Shown here piece after piece: positions 34,511 to 44,330 of a DNA stretch of 64,000 bases. The DNA lies in IMG/VR virus record IMGVR_UViG_3300021376_000028, positions 1 to 64,000 of that record. One strand, 5' to 3'. A program made the position numbers and the translations under genes. The stretch's first letter is position 1, and each line of letters starts with the position of its first letter. Source of the stretch: a virus. Under the pieces are notes generated by a model. That model had not been told where the DNA came from. It saw nothing but the letters and a program-made list of their open reading frames with translations, and searched no databases.

Positions 34511-35995
34511 TCAGTTTCCTTCCTTGTTAGAGAGCCAAAGTCTGTAGATCAATTCACCAATTCTATCGTCTGCTAAATTTCTAAACATCCTGCCCTCGTA
34601 ATTTCCATCACCAATGCTGGATGTAAAATGATCCCATTCGTGGACAATAACTGCAATAATTTCTTGGATAGAAGAATTCTCAACATCTGTGTTGAGAAAA
34701 ATTAACTTCTCTTTCTTTCCAGTTTCATCATTTTGAATACAGGTTGTCATACCTAGAGCCATAGACTCTTGTTCTTCATCTACAAAGGTGCAAATAGAAG
34801 GAAGAATTGTTTCAAACTGCTCTCCGTAAATTTCTTGTAAAATATTTGCAGCCTGTGCAATTTGTGGATAAGAAGCAAAACCTTTTGACCACTTATAAAT
34901 AAAGCTTTCGTCAAAAAGATTTTTTGCTGTTGGAATGCCAGTCTTTTCCAAGAAGTTATATGCAGATTCTGTATAAACAACCGCTGGGGAGTAGCCTTTT
35001 GACCTAATAAACTCACAATGGTTAATTGTAGCCAACTCTTCTGAGGTTATGACAGATTTGCCATGAGTGCTTTCAAAACAACTATTCCAAATATTGCTTT
35101 TGGAGTCATTAAAACCATTCCAAACTGCACTACCCGCAACAACAACATAGTTTGGAATATTGACTAATTCGTAATAAGTCTCCACATCATCTGGATTCTC
35201 AACAAACAAATCAAGGACTCTCTGAATATGCTCAGAATCTTTAAGATTGGCGAGAGTTCTCATAATTGAAACATTCATGTCATACTCAGAGTTGACTTTG
35301 CGCTCTTCATTAAGTTTAAGATTATCTAATTCGTAATCAAAAATACCTTGTAATGGAGCACCTGACCAAGCAGCAGCTGTATTTGCAGAAGAATAAACCA
35401 ACATGCCCTTACAATAAACTCTTATTGAATCATCCAATGGTTCATAGAGTTTAATTTTATGACCTTGCCAGTAATCTTCGTAAATAGGCGTTCTATTCAC
35501 CGAAAAATAACGGTCAAAATTATGGTGGATTTCCAGCATTTCAAGTGTTGCTCCAATAAAAACAGAAAACTCACCAGGAATTGAATTAATTTGATCATCA
35601 TTAACCAAACAAACTGTCCAATCAGTATTGGACAATTTGGATTCGTCTATTGCATTGGCGATAACTTCTCGGTAAATCTGATATTCAGTTTCCCAAGAAA
35701 GAGAACCCGCTTCCACAGTAAAAGAAGAAGGCTTTTCATAATTTTCATATTCATAGTAAATAGACGGGATACCATCCTCGTCTTTTACTGTATAGCGCAA
35801 AATATACGGCCCCTTATCATCAGAGCCAGTAAAGACAAAAGGAATGCCTTTCCTAAGTGCTGAAATTGGAGCAAACTTAATACCTGAACCAAATTGACCA
35901 ATTGTTGAGGCATCATCTCTTTTAGTAGAAAAACCAAGTTTCTCCAACTTCAAACGATTAACATTTTGACATTGATTTGTAATTTTAATATACAT
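34511..35995 (-). CDS. GHKL-like ATPase (permuted motif order) with C-terminal HExxH
   Basis: LGFSTK..IGQFGSGIK; later YREVIANAIDE; C-terminal IVHEWDHF. Confidence 0.7.
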   Translation of the reverse strand: MYIKITNQCQNVNRLKLEKLGFSTKRDDASTIGQFGSGIKFAPISALRKGIPFVFTGSDDKGPYILRYTVKDEDGIPSIYYEYENYEKPSSFTVEAGSLSWETEYQIYREVIANAIDESKLSNTDWTVCLVNDDQINSIPGEFSVFIGATLEMLEIHHNFDRYFSVNRTPIYEDYWQGHKIKLYEPLDDSIRVYCKGMLVYSSANTAAAWSGAPLQGIFDYELDNLKLNEERKVNSEYDMNVSIMRTLANLKDSEHIQRVLDLFVENPDDVETYYELVNIPNYVVVAGSAVWNGFNDSKSNIWNSCFESTHGKSVITSEELATINHCEFIRSKGYSPAVVYTESAYNFLEKTGIPTAKNLFDESFIYKWSKGFASYPQIAQAANILQEIYGEQFETILPSICTFVDEEQESMALGMTTCIQNDETGKKEKLIFLNTDVENSSIQEIIAVIVHEWDHFTSSIGDGNYEGRMFRNLADDRIGELIYRLWLSNKEGN

Positions 35996-36018
35996 ATGAT
36001 ATTACCTTTCATTACGAC

Positions 36019-36046
36019 GCGGGGAGGCAGTTTCCTGCCTCCCCGC
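36019..36046 (-). terminator. GC hairpin (terminator or processing site)
   Basis: GCGGGGAGGCAG-tttc-CTGCCTCCCCGC. Confidence 0.6.
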
Positions 36047-36067
36047 ATCATTGTTATTGTTTGTAAA

Positions 36068-36589
36068 TTAAATTATTGCTTCTGGATTATTGCCAAGAGC
36101 AGGATTATTTGCAGGAACAGCGAGACCAAAAGACTCCGCGATCATCTCTTGTAAAATTGGCTTGATCTTATCCTTCAAGTTTTTGAACTCTTGATCAAGA
36201 ACAAGTTTAACCGAATCACTGATTTCTGTTTTGACAAGATAAGACAACTCCGCCTTAGTAAGCGAGGTCAAGTTTATCCTTGATTCATCAACGAGATATT
36301 TGAAACCCGACTCAATAGCCTCAGTAAAAGCTTCGCCAGTACGACAAGCATTTCCTGGGCTATACATTTCCAACAGCCTCCGTGCTTCGTAAAGATAATC
36401 AACATCAAGATCGTTTGAATAATCTGATATATCAAAATTATTACGGAACCAAGACTCAATGTAACTGTCAAGGTTTGATTCAACCCAGTTTTCAATTTCG
36501 CTGTGGTTGCTATCTGTTTCAAAGATCTTGGTAGCAAGATCATCAATGTCAACATCAATAGTTAACTTTGCGTTGGTTGTAATTTCCAT
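36068..36589 (-). CDS. Hypothetical protein
   Basis: ORF track. Confidence 0.6.
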   Translation of the reverse strand: MEITTNAKLTIDVDIDDLATKIFETDSNHSEIENWVESNLDSYIESWFRNNFDISDYSNDLDVDYLYEARRLLEMYSPGNACRTGEAFTEAIESGFKYLVDESRINLTSLTKAELSYLVKTEISDSVKLVLDQEFKNLKDKIKPILQEMIAESFGLAVPANNPALGNNPEAII

Positions 36590-36939
36590 TACAGGTATCC
36601 TTGTTCTAATAATGATTCACACCAGTTATAGAGAGGTGATGTTTCTGATATTTTTCTTTTAGCATGATCAAACCAATCTGAAAAATGATAGTACATTTCT
36701 AAAATTTCTGAATCATCACACCAAACTTCTACCCAATCTGCTGGGCCACCAGTTGACAATAGAATTGTAATTACTTTTTTTGAATTAATATCTAGTGGCA
36801 AACTGTTAAGTTCATCCAAAGCATCTTCATCATCTTTTTTTAGCCAGCGCTCAGATAACTCTTCAATTTGAGTTTCTCTTTCAGCAAGCTCATCGTAAAT
36901 ACGAGCAGCACAACTTGCTTTTTCTTCAGTCACGATCAT
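36589..36939 (-). CDS. Hypothetical phage protein (LSTGGP..YHFSDWFD family)
   Basis: Recurring phage motif; coupled. Confidence 0.6.
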   Translation of the reverse strand: MIVTEEKASCAARIYDELAERETQIEELSERWLKKDDEDALDELNSLPLDINSKKVITILLSTGGPADWVEVWCDDSEILEMYYHFSDWFDHAKRKISETSPLYNWCESLLEQGYL

Positions 36940-37312
36940 CTATCCAATCTTGATATTCTTCACCACATTGATCACACTGCCACCAGATTTCTCCACGATA
37001 AGATTGTTTTTCTGCACCAATGTTATTGCAAGTATATGAAATAATAGTTGGCTCTCCTTTGGTTGCATTAATAATCTCATTTCTTAATCTAGCTAAATGA
37101 GAAGCGAGATTTTTAGATATAATTTCATATCTAACTTCATCTGTATATGATGATAGAAAGTATTCAATCTTTTTAAAAACATCCAATGGCAATTGTACTT
37201 CCTGAATTTGATTTTTACAAATCCAACTGTCGTCATACCATTCTGCATCGGGTCCAGCAATCTCATATTCATTGCCAGTAACACCTGGCGGATAGTTACT
37301 CATATTCACCAC
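36926..37312 (-). CDS. Hypothetical protein (NYPPGV..CDQC)
   Basis: ORF track. Confidence 0.6.
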   Translation of the reverse strand: MVNMSNYPPGVTGNEYEIAGPDAEWYDDSWICKNQIQEVQLPLDVFKKIEYFLSSYTDEVRYEIISKNLASHLARLRNEIINATKGEPTIISYTCNNIGAEKQSYRGEIWWQCDQCGEEYQDWIDDRD

Positions 37313-38223
37313 AAAATCTTTTCATCAAGGCGATTGGTCTTTAACTTCTTGTTGTAATCACGAATTGCAACGATTGCCATTCCAATAGAACGATCTTTCA
37401 CCTTAAGCTGATTTGAAACAATAGAGCCACTGTTTGACCAATGACTAATGCTTCCAAACAACTTCAAAGCATTAATCAGTCTATTCCTATCCATATTGGG
37501 ATAAATGCTAACCATATTGGAAACAGAAACAAGAGCAAAATCAGTAAACGATGAGGAATGATTGCCAAAAGCAAGTTTTAGAATTTCAATTGTCTTATCA
37601 ACATTTGTAGAGCCGTTTTTCTTATACAAATTACTGACAGTGCCAACTGCTCTAATAAGGTTAGCACCTGCCTGATTTGAAGTAGAAAGATTGTGCTTTT
37701 TGAAAATCTTATCAATTTCAACTGCGCTTGAATCATGTGCAACAACTTTTGCCTTAAACAAATCTTGTGTCTTTGGCTTGGTCCGATTGTCATTGATCAA
37801 GTTAAAAAGATTTGCTTCCTCAGGGATAGTGAGTCCGAAATAAACTAGGCAATCAACAAATTGGTCGTCAAGCTTCATCATTCTCATTGCAGCAATGCGA
37901 TGGCCACCGTCAAGAATAACGATAGTGCCATCTTCTCTAGCTGAGCAAATGATAACACCAAGGGCACCCTTATCAAAATTCTTGACAATCTTGTTAACTT
38001 TTGTTTCATTGGGATATCTCTGGTATGAAAGATCCAAAACAAGATCTTTCACCAAAATCTCTGAAGAGAGAGTGGACTCATTTCCAATAGATTTGCTCCG
38101 GTTAATGACAGTATTGGTTTTTTGTCTGATAACCGGAACAATGAGGTTTGCATTCACTTCTTTCGGTGTTGTTGTGTTGTCAAAGGACAACTCTTGGTTT
38201 TTATTTGCCTTTTTGGTAGCCAT
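37306..38223 (-). CDS. ParB/Srx-like (DUF6551-type) protein
   Basis: LDLSYQR..KIV.NF..LG.I..S.R.DG..ILDGGHRIAA..EA.LF..IN. Confidence 0.8.
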   Translation of the reverse strand: MATKKANKNQELSFDNTTTPKEVNANLIVPVIRQKTNTVINRSKSIGNESTLSSEILVKDLVLDLSYQRYPNETKVNKIVKNFDKGALGVIICSAREDGTIVILDGGHRIAAMRMMKLDDQFVDCLVYFGLTIPEEANLFNLINDNRTKPKTQDLFKAKVVAHDSSAVEIDKIFKKHNLSTSNQAGANLIRAVGTVSNLYKKNGSTNVDKTIEILKLAFGNHSSSFTDFALVSVSNMVSIYPNMDRNRLINALKLFGSISHWSNSGSIVSNQLKVKDRSIGMAIVAIRDYNKKLKTNRLDEKILW

Positions 38224-38224
38224 A

Positions 38225-38569
38225 TTAGCCTCCGTGATTTTTGATTAGGATTTGTGCTTTGATTGATTTGATTTCTTTATTCACCAGCATTTTGCAGAGA
38301 TCAATGCTGAACTCTTCTACTGGATAAAGATTTGTTAATGCGTAGCGTTCTTTAGTAGAGAATGAACCCCAAATACCGAATGCCTCATCGTTCTCAATTG
38401 CATAATGCAAACACTCTGCAGCAACTTGACACTTACTACAAAACATTTTTGCCATTGCTTCATTCTTTCGGTTCAGTTTGCTGTCGCCAGTTTCTGAATA
38501 GAAAAAAAGAATATTAGTGCTTTTACATTCTGCTCTATCTTGCCATTGGTCAGTCAATATTGTCTCCAA
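38225..38569 (-). CDS. whiB: WhiB-family Fe-S transcription factor
   Basis: W..RAEC..FF..AK.FCSKC.V..EC..YA..FGIWG..ER. Confidence 0.9.
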   Translation of the reverse strand: METILTDQWQDRAECKSTNILFFYSETGDSKLNRKNEAMAKMFCSKCQVAAECLHYAIENDEAFGIWGSFSTKERYALTNLYPVEEFSIDLCKMLVNKEIKSIKAQILIKNHGG

Positions 38570-38897
38570 TCATTGGTCTAATTATTACATTGTCAAAATA
38601 ATTAAAATACGATTCTTTGTTATCACAGGTCATAAGCAAAGCAAAAACATGTGAAACAAGACCCATAATGATATTCAATGCCTCCTCGTTTGAATCGTTA
38701 AACTCAAGACCAGTCATGTTGAAAATTTTCATCATCAGATGATGACCACCTTTTAGAGTGGAATCATAATCAATATTTTTCAACGCATTAGTGATCATCA
38801 TAAGCGATGAGGGAAAATTACCCATATCCACTTTTTCGTCAAAGAACCTGTTTTGATAAAATAAACCGTCTTCCTCAAAATCTTCAAAATTAAACAT
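38550..38897 (-). CDS. Hypothetical protein
   Basis: Likely start MFNFE (ATG38897). Confidence 0.55.
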   Translation of the reverse strand: MFNFEDFEEDGLFYQNRFFDEKVDMGNFPSSLMMITNALKNIDYDSTLKGGHHLMMKIFNMTGLEFNDSNEEALNIIMGLVSHVFALLMTCDNKESYFNYFDNVIIRPMIGDNID

Positions 38898-38898
38898 T

Positions 38899-39333
38899 TT
38901 ATAAAAGCAAATTTCTAATAGCATCCTTAAGAGGACCAGTTGCATTATCATGATCAAAAAGAAGATTGTCGGGGTCGTCAGAAAACTCAATAACACTCGC
39001 AATATCTTTATCATTCACATCAACAGTTATAATCAATCTGACCCTTCGTCTTTGAGGGTCAACAGATGGTCTATTTTTAACCTCACCATTTTCATCTAAA
39101 GGTGCTGCCCAACCAGTTGTGATAACTGCATAATAATCATAATTACTGATATTCATAATTCGATCTTGTTGGAGGTTATCAATCATTGAATAAATGTCAG
39201 GATGTTGAGCCAATTTTTTAAATGTAAGTCCATCATCAAGATACGTAATGCCGTAAAATTCAGCTGCTTCCATTTTTTCTTTACTTGGCAAAACGCCATG
39301 GATTTCTGTAAGAATTTTTTCATTAATAGTCAT
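38899..39333 (-). CDS. Hypothetical protein (TTGWAAP..P..RRRVRL family)
   Basis: SD AAGGA. Confidence 0.65.
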   Translation of the reverse strand: MTINEKILTEIHGVLPSKEKMEAAEFYGITYLDDGLTFKKLAQHPDIYSMIDNLQQDRIMNISNYDYYAVITTGWAAPLDENGEVKNRPSVDPQRRRVRLIITVDVNDKDIASVIEFSDDPDNLLFDHDNATGPLKDAIRNLLL

Positions 39334-39345
39334 TGTTTTATTTCC

Positions 39346-39882
39346 TTAGTTGTTTCCAATGTACTCTTCATATAGATGTTGTTCATCAAAATACTTGCTT
39401 ATTAGATCTCCCGACTCTGATTGTTGCTTTTCTCCTTTTGCCCAAACATCTGAACCACAAAACCCCATACCTGGCTCTTCGTAATAAAGGCAAAACAATA
39501 AATTTGGATAGTCTTGGCTAATTTTATCAAATGCTTCAATAGGCGGTGCCCAAGGAGTATCAAAATTAAAAGCAATTACTGATGTTCCATCACCATTGTT
39601 GGTATAATCTTGACCTACAGATAAATCAGATTCTGGCCACTTACAGCCCCATTTAGCAATTCTCCAGTCATACCAGCTTTTGTATCCATAATTTGTTAGA
39701 TTGTCAAGTTGTTTTTCGTCTGGAATTATTGAGGCATCACCTATCATCAATTCTATAGGGGTCGGATAAAGGGATTCTAAAAGCATATAGTCATCTTCCC
39801 CAATCCTAATGACATCCAAAATATTTTGCATATCATCATCTGGTCCATAAATGGACAAGTGATTTTCACACCAATTCGGCAT
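39346..39882 (-). CDS. DUF1281/YubB ferredoxin-like phage protein
   Basis: MPNWCEN..WYDWR..KWGCKW..FDTPWAPP..YEEPGMGFCG. Confidence 0.8.
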   Translation of the reverse strand: MPNWCENHLSIYGPDDDMQNILDVIRIGEDDYMLLESLYPTPIELMIGDASIIPDEKQLDNLTNYGYKSWYDWRIAKWGCKWPESDLSVGQDYTNNGDGTSVIAFNFDTPWAPPIEAFDKISQDYPNLLFCLYYEEPGMGFCGSDVWAKGEKQQSESGDLISKYFDEQHLYEEYIGNN

Positions 39883-40441
39883 CGTCATCCTCACACTCTT
39901 CGTCATCCACATACTCTTCATGAAGTTTTAGGTCACCATTTGCAATTCTTCTCAGAACGCTAGCCACCATAATATTAGGCAAATCCCAAGTTTCTGGATG
40001 ATCTCTGTCATAATCAAATTCATATTCATGTGCAACTTCATCCCAAATTGAACCCTCTTCGCAAAAGAAAAGTCTTTTTGATTCAAGCCAGGATAGATCA
40101 AGAATTTCTGATGCTTCAGTCTGAACCTGACCAAATTTCCTATCCTTGTCTTGCAGCCAAGCATTAAACACAGCCCAACCAGCAATACATGCCGTAGTAT
40201 CACACTTCAAGCTATTCTGGAAATCTTGATCAACAATATCCTCCATGTTTAGCCAAGAAGAATAAGTGGAGACATTTACTTTATCACCTGGACCGAAACC
40301 TAAACCTTCCATTTCATATTGAGCATCATCGTCAAGATCGTCAAATTCAGTATTTCTACCAAACCAACTTCCCATATGAAAACTCTTTGCATCTGATCTT
40401 TGAATCAGATCTGCAATTTCAAGCATTGCTTTTTTGTTCAT
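39866..40441 (-). CDS. Hypothetical protein, paralog family B
   Basis: MNKKAML..FHMGSWFGR..CDTTACIAGWAV. Confidence 0.7.
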   Translation of the reverse strand: MNKKAMLEIADLIQRSDAKSFHMGSWFGRNTEFDDLDDDAQYEMEGLGFGPGDKVNVSTYSSWLNMEDIVDQDFQNSLKCDTTACIAGWAVFNAWLQDKDRKFGQVQTEASEILDLSWLESKRLFFCEEGSIWDEVAHEYEFDYDRDHPETWDLPNIMVASVLRRIANGDLKLHEEYVDDEECEDDDAELV

Positions 40442-40519
40442 TGTTTTTTCTTTCTTTGATAATTATTTTTATAAGTTAAATTATTTTTTAATTGTAAGTA
40501 TGTTTATTTATTTTTGATC

Positions 40520-40930
40520 TTAATATCTCCAGATGTTATTTAAAAAATGGCCTTCTGCAGAAAATTTAAATCTGCCAAGAAAATATTCCCAAGAAAAAGG
40601 AAGTTCTGAATCATGCAGATTTTGAAGTTCAGATAAAAGACGGTGTGATGAATTACTCACTTCCCAGTCTGGATTGCTCAACAATATTGCATTAAAAATA
40701 TCCGCATCATCACAACCTTTGCGCTCAAAAGATGAATCATAAAATTGATCAGATATGATAGCACCTATAGCACATTTTGTATTTTCTTTACCGCGATAGG
40801 CACAACTTAATGCTTTTTTCCCGTCAAGATAAAAGTATTCCTGCATTGATCTACACCTTTGTCTCAACAAATGATTTGCGACAACTTCAAAGATGTCTCT
40901 GTCTGTTTTAATTATCATTGCTTTCCTCAA
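40520..40930 (-). CDS. Hypothetical protein, paralog family A
   Basis: HLLRQ..CAYRG..KCAIGAII..SNPDW..LQNLHD. Confidence 0.7.
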   Translation of the reverse strand: MRKAMIIKTDRDIFEVVANHLLRQRCRSMQEYFYLDGKKALSCAYRGKENTKCAIGAIISDQFYDSSFERKGCDDADIFNAILLSNPDWEVSNSSHRLLSELQNLHDSELPFSWEYFLGRFKFSAEGHFLNNIWRY

Positions 40931-41615
40931 ATAGTTTAAGTTGGTTTAGATTGTTATTGATTTTTTTAAATTTGATTGTTGCCCAATTTCTATCATTGCA
41001 CCACTTATCCCACTCCTCTGTTTTTTCTTCATTAAACAGGTTTGCATGATAAACGGCTTCTAAGATTTCTCCATCTTTTGGCCACAAATCTGCGTCTGGT
41101 ACAATTTCAACATTCATATAATTAACAAGTTCACTATAAACTTTGAACACCCACTCTGGGTCAGAAGTATCAATCATTTCCAATAAATACGCTGGTAATT
41201 GATTAAAACTTTCTTGAATTGCTTCAAATTCTATATCATAATAATGCGACTCATCTGCAATTGGATACATTAATAGATTATTATGCCAATCTATTACAGC
41301 CTTAAAAGCTTCGGTAATGTTTTCATTAACAAAACCATTTCGTTCACTATGTAGAATATGACAAACTAAACGATTAACATGACCAACAGCCCAATGACGA
41401 TAGCACTCTATTCTAAAATCATCAGGAAAACGATCCATTAAATCTTTGCTGATGACTTCAAAATTAGAAAGGTCAACTAAACTAGAATTTCCGTAACGAT
41501 CAATTCCGGTAAAACCCCAAGTGACAAACATATCGTCAGAACCCCAATAAGAAAAATAGTCAGGCTTTTGTAAAGCATGACGAGCGTAATCTGGGATTTT
41601 CTCTATTTCAATCAT
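40908..41615 (-). CDS. Hypothetical protein (SNFE..HWAVG family)
   Basis: Likely start MIEIE (ATG41615). Confidence 0.6.
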   Translation of the reverse strand: MIEIEKIPDYARHALQKPDYFSYWGSDDMFVTWGFTGIDRYGNSSLVDLSNFEVISKDLMDRFPDDFRIECYRHWAVGHVNRLVCHILHSERNGFVNENITEAFKAVIDWHNNLLMYPIADESHYYDIEFEAIQESFNQLPAYLLEMIDTSDPEWVFKVYSELVNYMNVEIVPDADLWPKDGEILEAVYHANLFNEEKTEEWDKWCNDRNWATIKFKKINNNLNQLKLFEESNDN

Positions 41616-41844
41616 TATCTTTTTCCCAATCCAAGAAGTATTGCGGATCTCCAAGCCAAAACGCACCGGTTCCGTTTGCGTTGTCCAACCACTCATCCAA
41701 AGCAGCATGCAAAAACTCTCTGTAATTGCTGCTCATCTCCTTATTCGGATCTGATTTCGGATTGCAATTGTGACAGATATCGGAATGCACCAAGTCTTCG
41801 TTATCCAATCCCTTATTGTAGAGGATTTCTCCACAGAATCTCAT
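41608..41844 (-). CDS. Hypothetical protein
   Basis: Coupled ORF. Confidence 0.5.
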   Translation of the reverse strand: MRFCGEILYNKGLDNEDLVHSDICHNCNPKSDPNKEMSSNYREFLHAALDEWLDNANGTGAFWLGDPQYFLDWEKDND

Positions 41845-42173
41845 TGATTTTCCTTTCCTATTTCTTTTAGAGCTTCATCATCCCATTTTTCAGGGAGTCG
41901 CCATTCAATGTCTAAAGCTTTTCTTGTTGATTCTTGATCTGCAGCATCATAAACAGCAATCACTTCTCCATAGGTTCCAAAATCATGGGTTTCCCATTTA
42001 ATTTTAAAACTAACATTGAATTGATCAACATCAGCAAATGTCCGATACAGTTGAGCAATATAAGCATTCATTTCTTTTATTGCTAATGATCTATAACCAT
42101 CTTGTCCAACTTGAGCACAAGTTTCATCACAAGGCGTTGGACCAAGATACATATAATCTATTTCCATTGTCAC
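41841..42173 (-). CDS. Hypothetical phage protein (LGPTP.DE.CAQVG..HDFGTY family)
   Basis: Recurring phage motif. Confidence 0.65.
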   Translation of the reverse strand: MTMEIDYMYLGPTPCDETCAQVGQDGYRSLAIKEMNAYIAQLYRTFADVDQFNVSFKIKWETHDFGTYGEVIAVYDAADQESTRKALDIEWRLPEKWDDEALKEIGKENQ

Positions 42174-42405
42174 TTTCCCATTTTGCAGTTAGAAAATTTA
42201 CATTTACCCATTTGTCTTCCGGCATAGTTCTAAAACAATCATCACAAAATGAAATGTCATCTTCTAAAACAGCACAGCACATTTCACAAAGAAATGTCAT
42301 TAGTTAACCCTTTCATCTCTTTCTTTTACAACACTTTGCTCATAGCAAATTGTACAGATTCTTTCTTCCGGTTCTTCATCATAAACCGCTTCACAATTTA
42401 TACAC

Positions 42406-42729
42406 TTATACGCCACGATCAAGCATATCCGTCCAGAAAAGAAGAAAATTAATTTCATTCAGATTTGCGTTCATTTCATCAACTCTTTCGTGACTAATAA
42501 GTCCTTTATTCATAAGAGATTTCAAGTATTTTTGGATATCTCTAACTGAACGCCTTGCTTTGACACAAAGCATTTCAGTTTCATCCCGAAATCTTTCTCC
42601 GTTCTCATCTACGACAGAATTCATTAACCATTCAAATTCTGATTTGAATTCATCAAAACAAAAATCACAGATGAACTTTTCTTTGTGATCTCTTTCACAA
42701 GTGCATTCTTCAGTTGCGTACATTGTCAT
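42406..42729 (-). CDS. Hypothetical protein
   Basis: SD GAAAGGA. Confidence 0.55.
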   Translation of the reverse strand: MTMYATEECTCERDHKEKFICDFCFDEFKSEFEWLMNSVVDENGERFRDETEMLCVKARRSVRDIQKYLKSLMNKGLISHERVDEMNANLNEINFLLFWTDMLDRGV

Positions 42730-42735
42730 TCCTTT

Positions 42736-42954
42736 CTAAAGTTTTCCTAAATATTCCAATTCCCAAATGGCAAAATCTTGGTTATGCTCTATATCTAAAG
42801 CCCAATCATAAACCACTATATTTTCTCTTTTTGGATAATCCAAGAGAAAATGAACTTGTTTTATGCACAATTCTTTAATTGTGTCATTGATCAAATTATT
42901 AAGATTCATCTGATCTTCTGGCGCGATCATTGAAGACTGCCCAGCCCAATTCAT
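42736..42954 (-). CDS. Hypothetical protein
   Basis: ORF track. Confidence 0.45.
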   Translation of the reverse strand: MNWAGQSSMIAPEDQMNLNNLINDTIKELCIKQVHFLLDYPKRENIVVYDWALDIEHNQDFAIWELEYLGKL

Positions 42955-43144
42955 AAGTCAGCTTCTTGCTGAGTTGAACAATTTGATCAATTTCATCTTT
43001 TTTAAGCAACTCGGAACTTCCATTTTCACGGATTTGATCAATCAATCTTTCAAGTGTTAATGAAAGAACGGCTGCTTCTTGTAAGGTTGGTTTTTTACTC
43101 ATTGTTGTTGTTTTCCTTTTTGCAAGGGTCTTTTCTAATATCAT
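42899..43144 (-). CDS. Hypothetical protein
   Basis: ORF track; the start may be MSKKP. Confidence 0.45.
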   Translation of the reverse strand: MILEKTLAKRKTTTMSKKPTLQEAAVLSLTLERLIDQIRENGSSELLKKDEIDQIVQLSKKLTYELGWAVFNDRARRSDES

Positions 43145-43415
43145 TTATATCACCATGCCCAGCCAATAAATCAGACCGAACATTAAGTAATTGCAATTGA
43201 TCTCGTCTAGTCCAAAAGTAATTACACTTATGAAGTAAAGCTGGAATGTAGATTTTTCTGAACTCTGCTGTCTTTTCAGCAAGTCCTTTGTTAGCACAAT
43301 CTCCAACCATACAATAATCGTAACCAGCTTCTAAACGCTCATCTGAAAATTCAGAGTTACAATATTTGCAAATTGCCATTGTTTTTCCTTTCAGAAACAA
43401 GTATCGCAAGTGCAA
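43095..43415 (-). CDS. Zn-finger protein (CxxC..ERLEAGY..C)
   Basis: CKYC..ERLEAGYDYCM..C; likely start MAICK. Confidence 0.55.
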   Translation of the reverse strand: MHLRYLFLKGKTMAICKYCNSEFSDERLEAGYDYCMVGDCANKGLAEKTAEFRKIYIPALLHKCNYFWTRRDQLQLLNVRSDLLAGHGDINDIRKDPCKKENNNNE

Positions 43416-43585
43416 TGATTTCTACCACCCGGATAAGACCTACAAAAAGAAAAAGCTTCGTGCGACGGAAATACTATGTTTCCTTTTGCCCTTTCTCGGT
43501 CGCAATAAATACATTCTCCAACCGGAGCAATTTGTCCACGCTTTTCCATTTCGTAGTAAATTTCTTCTATTGTCTTCGCTGTCAT
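43391..43585 (-). CDS. Small Cys-rich protein (HCTCDTCF)
   Basis: CIYC..PSH..HCTCDTCF; SD AAGGA. Confidence 0.6.
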   Translation of the reverse strand: MTAKTIEEIYYEMEKRGQIAPVGECIYCDRERAKGNIVFPSHEAFSFCRSYPGGRNHCTCDTCF

Positions 43586-43601
43586 TGTTATTTCCTTATA
43601 A

Positions 43602-43841
43602 TTAGTAATCTATTTTAACTTTAATTTTTGTTTTGTCGTCTAACTTTGTTACTTTTGCATCATTAATGCAATTATAAAAAAGAGATTTTTTAATTGCTTT
43701 TAAAATTTCTTTGATATCAGTATCGACATCAATGATAATTTCTTCACCATATTTTATTGTAGATATGATACGGTGAATCTTTTTTTCTAATTCCGTATTA
43801 AAACGGAGGTTTGCTTTTTTTGAATTAATCATAATATCCAT
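43602..43841 (-). CDS. Hypothetical protein
   Basis: ORF track. Confidence 0.5.
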   Translation of the reverse strand: MDIMINSKKANLRFNTELEKKIHRIISTIKYGEEIIIDVDTDIKEILKAIKKSLFYNCINDAKVTKLDDKTKIKVKIDY

Positions 43842-43867
43842 ATAGTTACCTTACTTTTTTAGTTAAC

Positions 43868-43896
43868 AAAAAAGGTCAAGGCATTGCCTTGACCTT
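43868..43896 (-). terminator. Intrinsic terminator
   Basis: AAGGTCAAGGCA-t-TGCCTTGACCTT with A-run on its left (U-tract on - strand). Confidence 0.7.
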
Positions 43897-43925
43897 ATTC
43901 ATTGTTTTGTTTTGTCTTGCTCTAA

Positions 43926-44330
43926 TCAGATTAGAGTAAAAGTATATTTGGCTGCTGTTTCGTCAAAATCTACGACCATAAAATGCTCAGTATCAGGAGT
44001 CATAAATTCTTTGATTCCATCTGTTGCGAATAAGATAGTCATATAATGGAACTCATACTCACGGAGATTATCACGGTCTGCCTTTGACAATTTTGAAACT
44101 CTATCGTCAGATAGAAAATCATACATATGGCCAAGGTTCAGAGAAAATCTAATGTCTGGTCTAACTTGACCCTTAATGATTTCACTACCTGGATCATTAC
44201 CCCAATAGGTTTTTTCAACAGATGGCGCATCATAAAGAGATGGAGTCATCTTTCTTTTTGTATTACGCCGCGAAACTAATCTTGTCTTAGCTTTATTGTA
44301 TTCCGCAGCACTTAGTTTTCTAATTTCCAT
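43926..44330 (-). CDS. Hypothetical protein
   Basis: Coupled to upstream ORF. Confidence 0.6.
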   Translation of the reverse strand: MEIRKLSAAEYNKAKTRLVSRRNTKRKMTPSLYDAPSVEKTYWGNDPGSEIIKGQVRPDIRFSLNLGHMYDFLSDDRVSKLSKADRDNLREYEFHYMTILFATDGIKEFMTPDTEHFMVVDFDETAAKYTFTLI

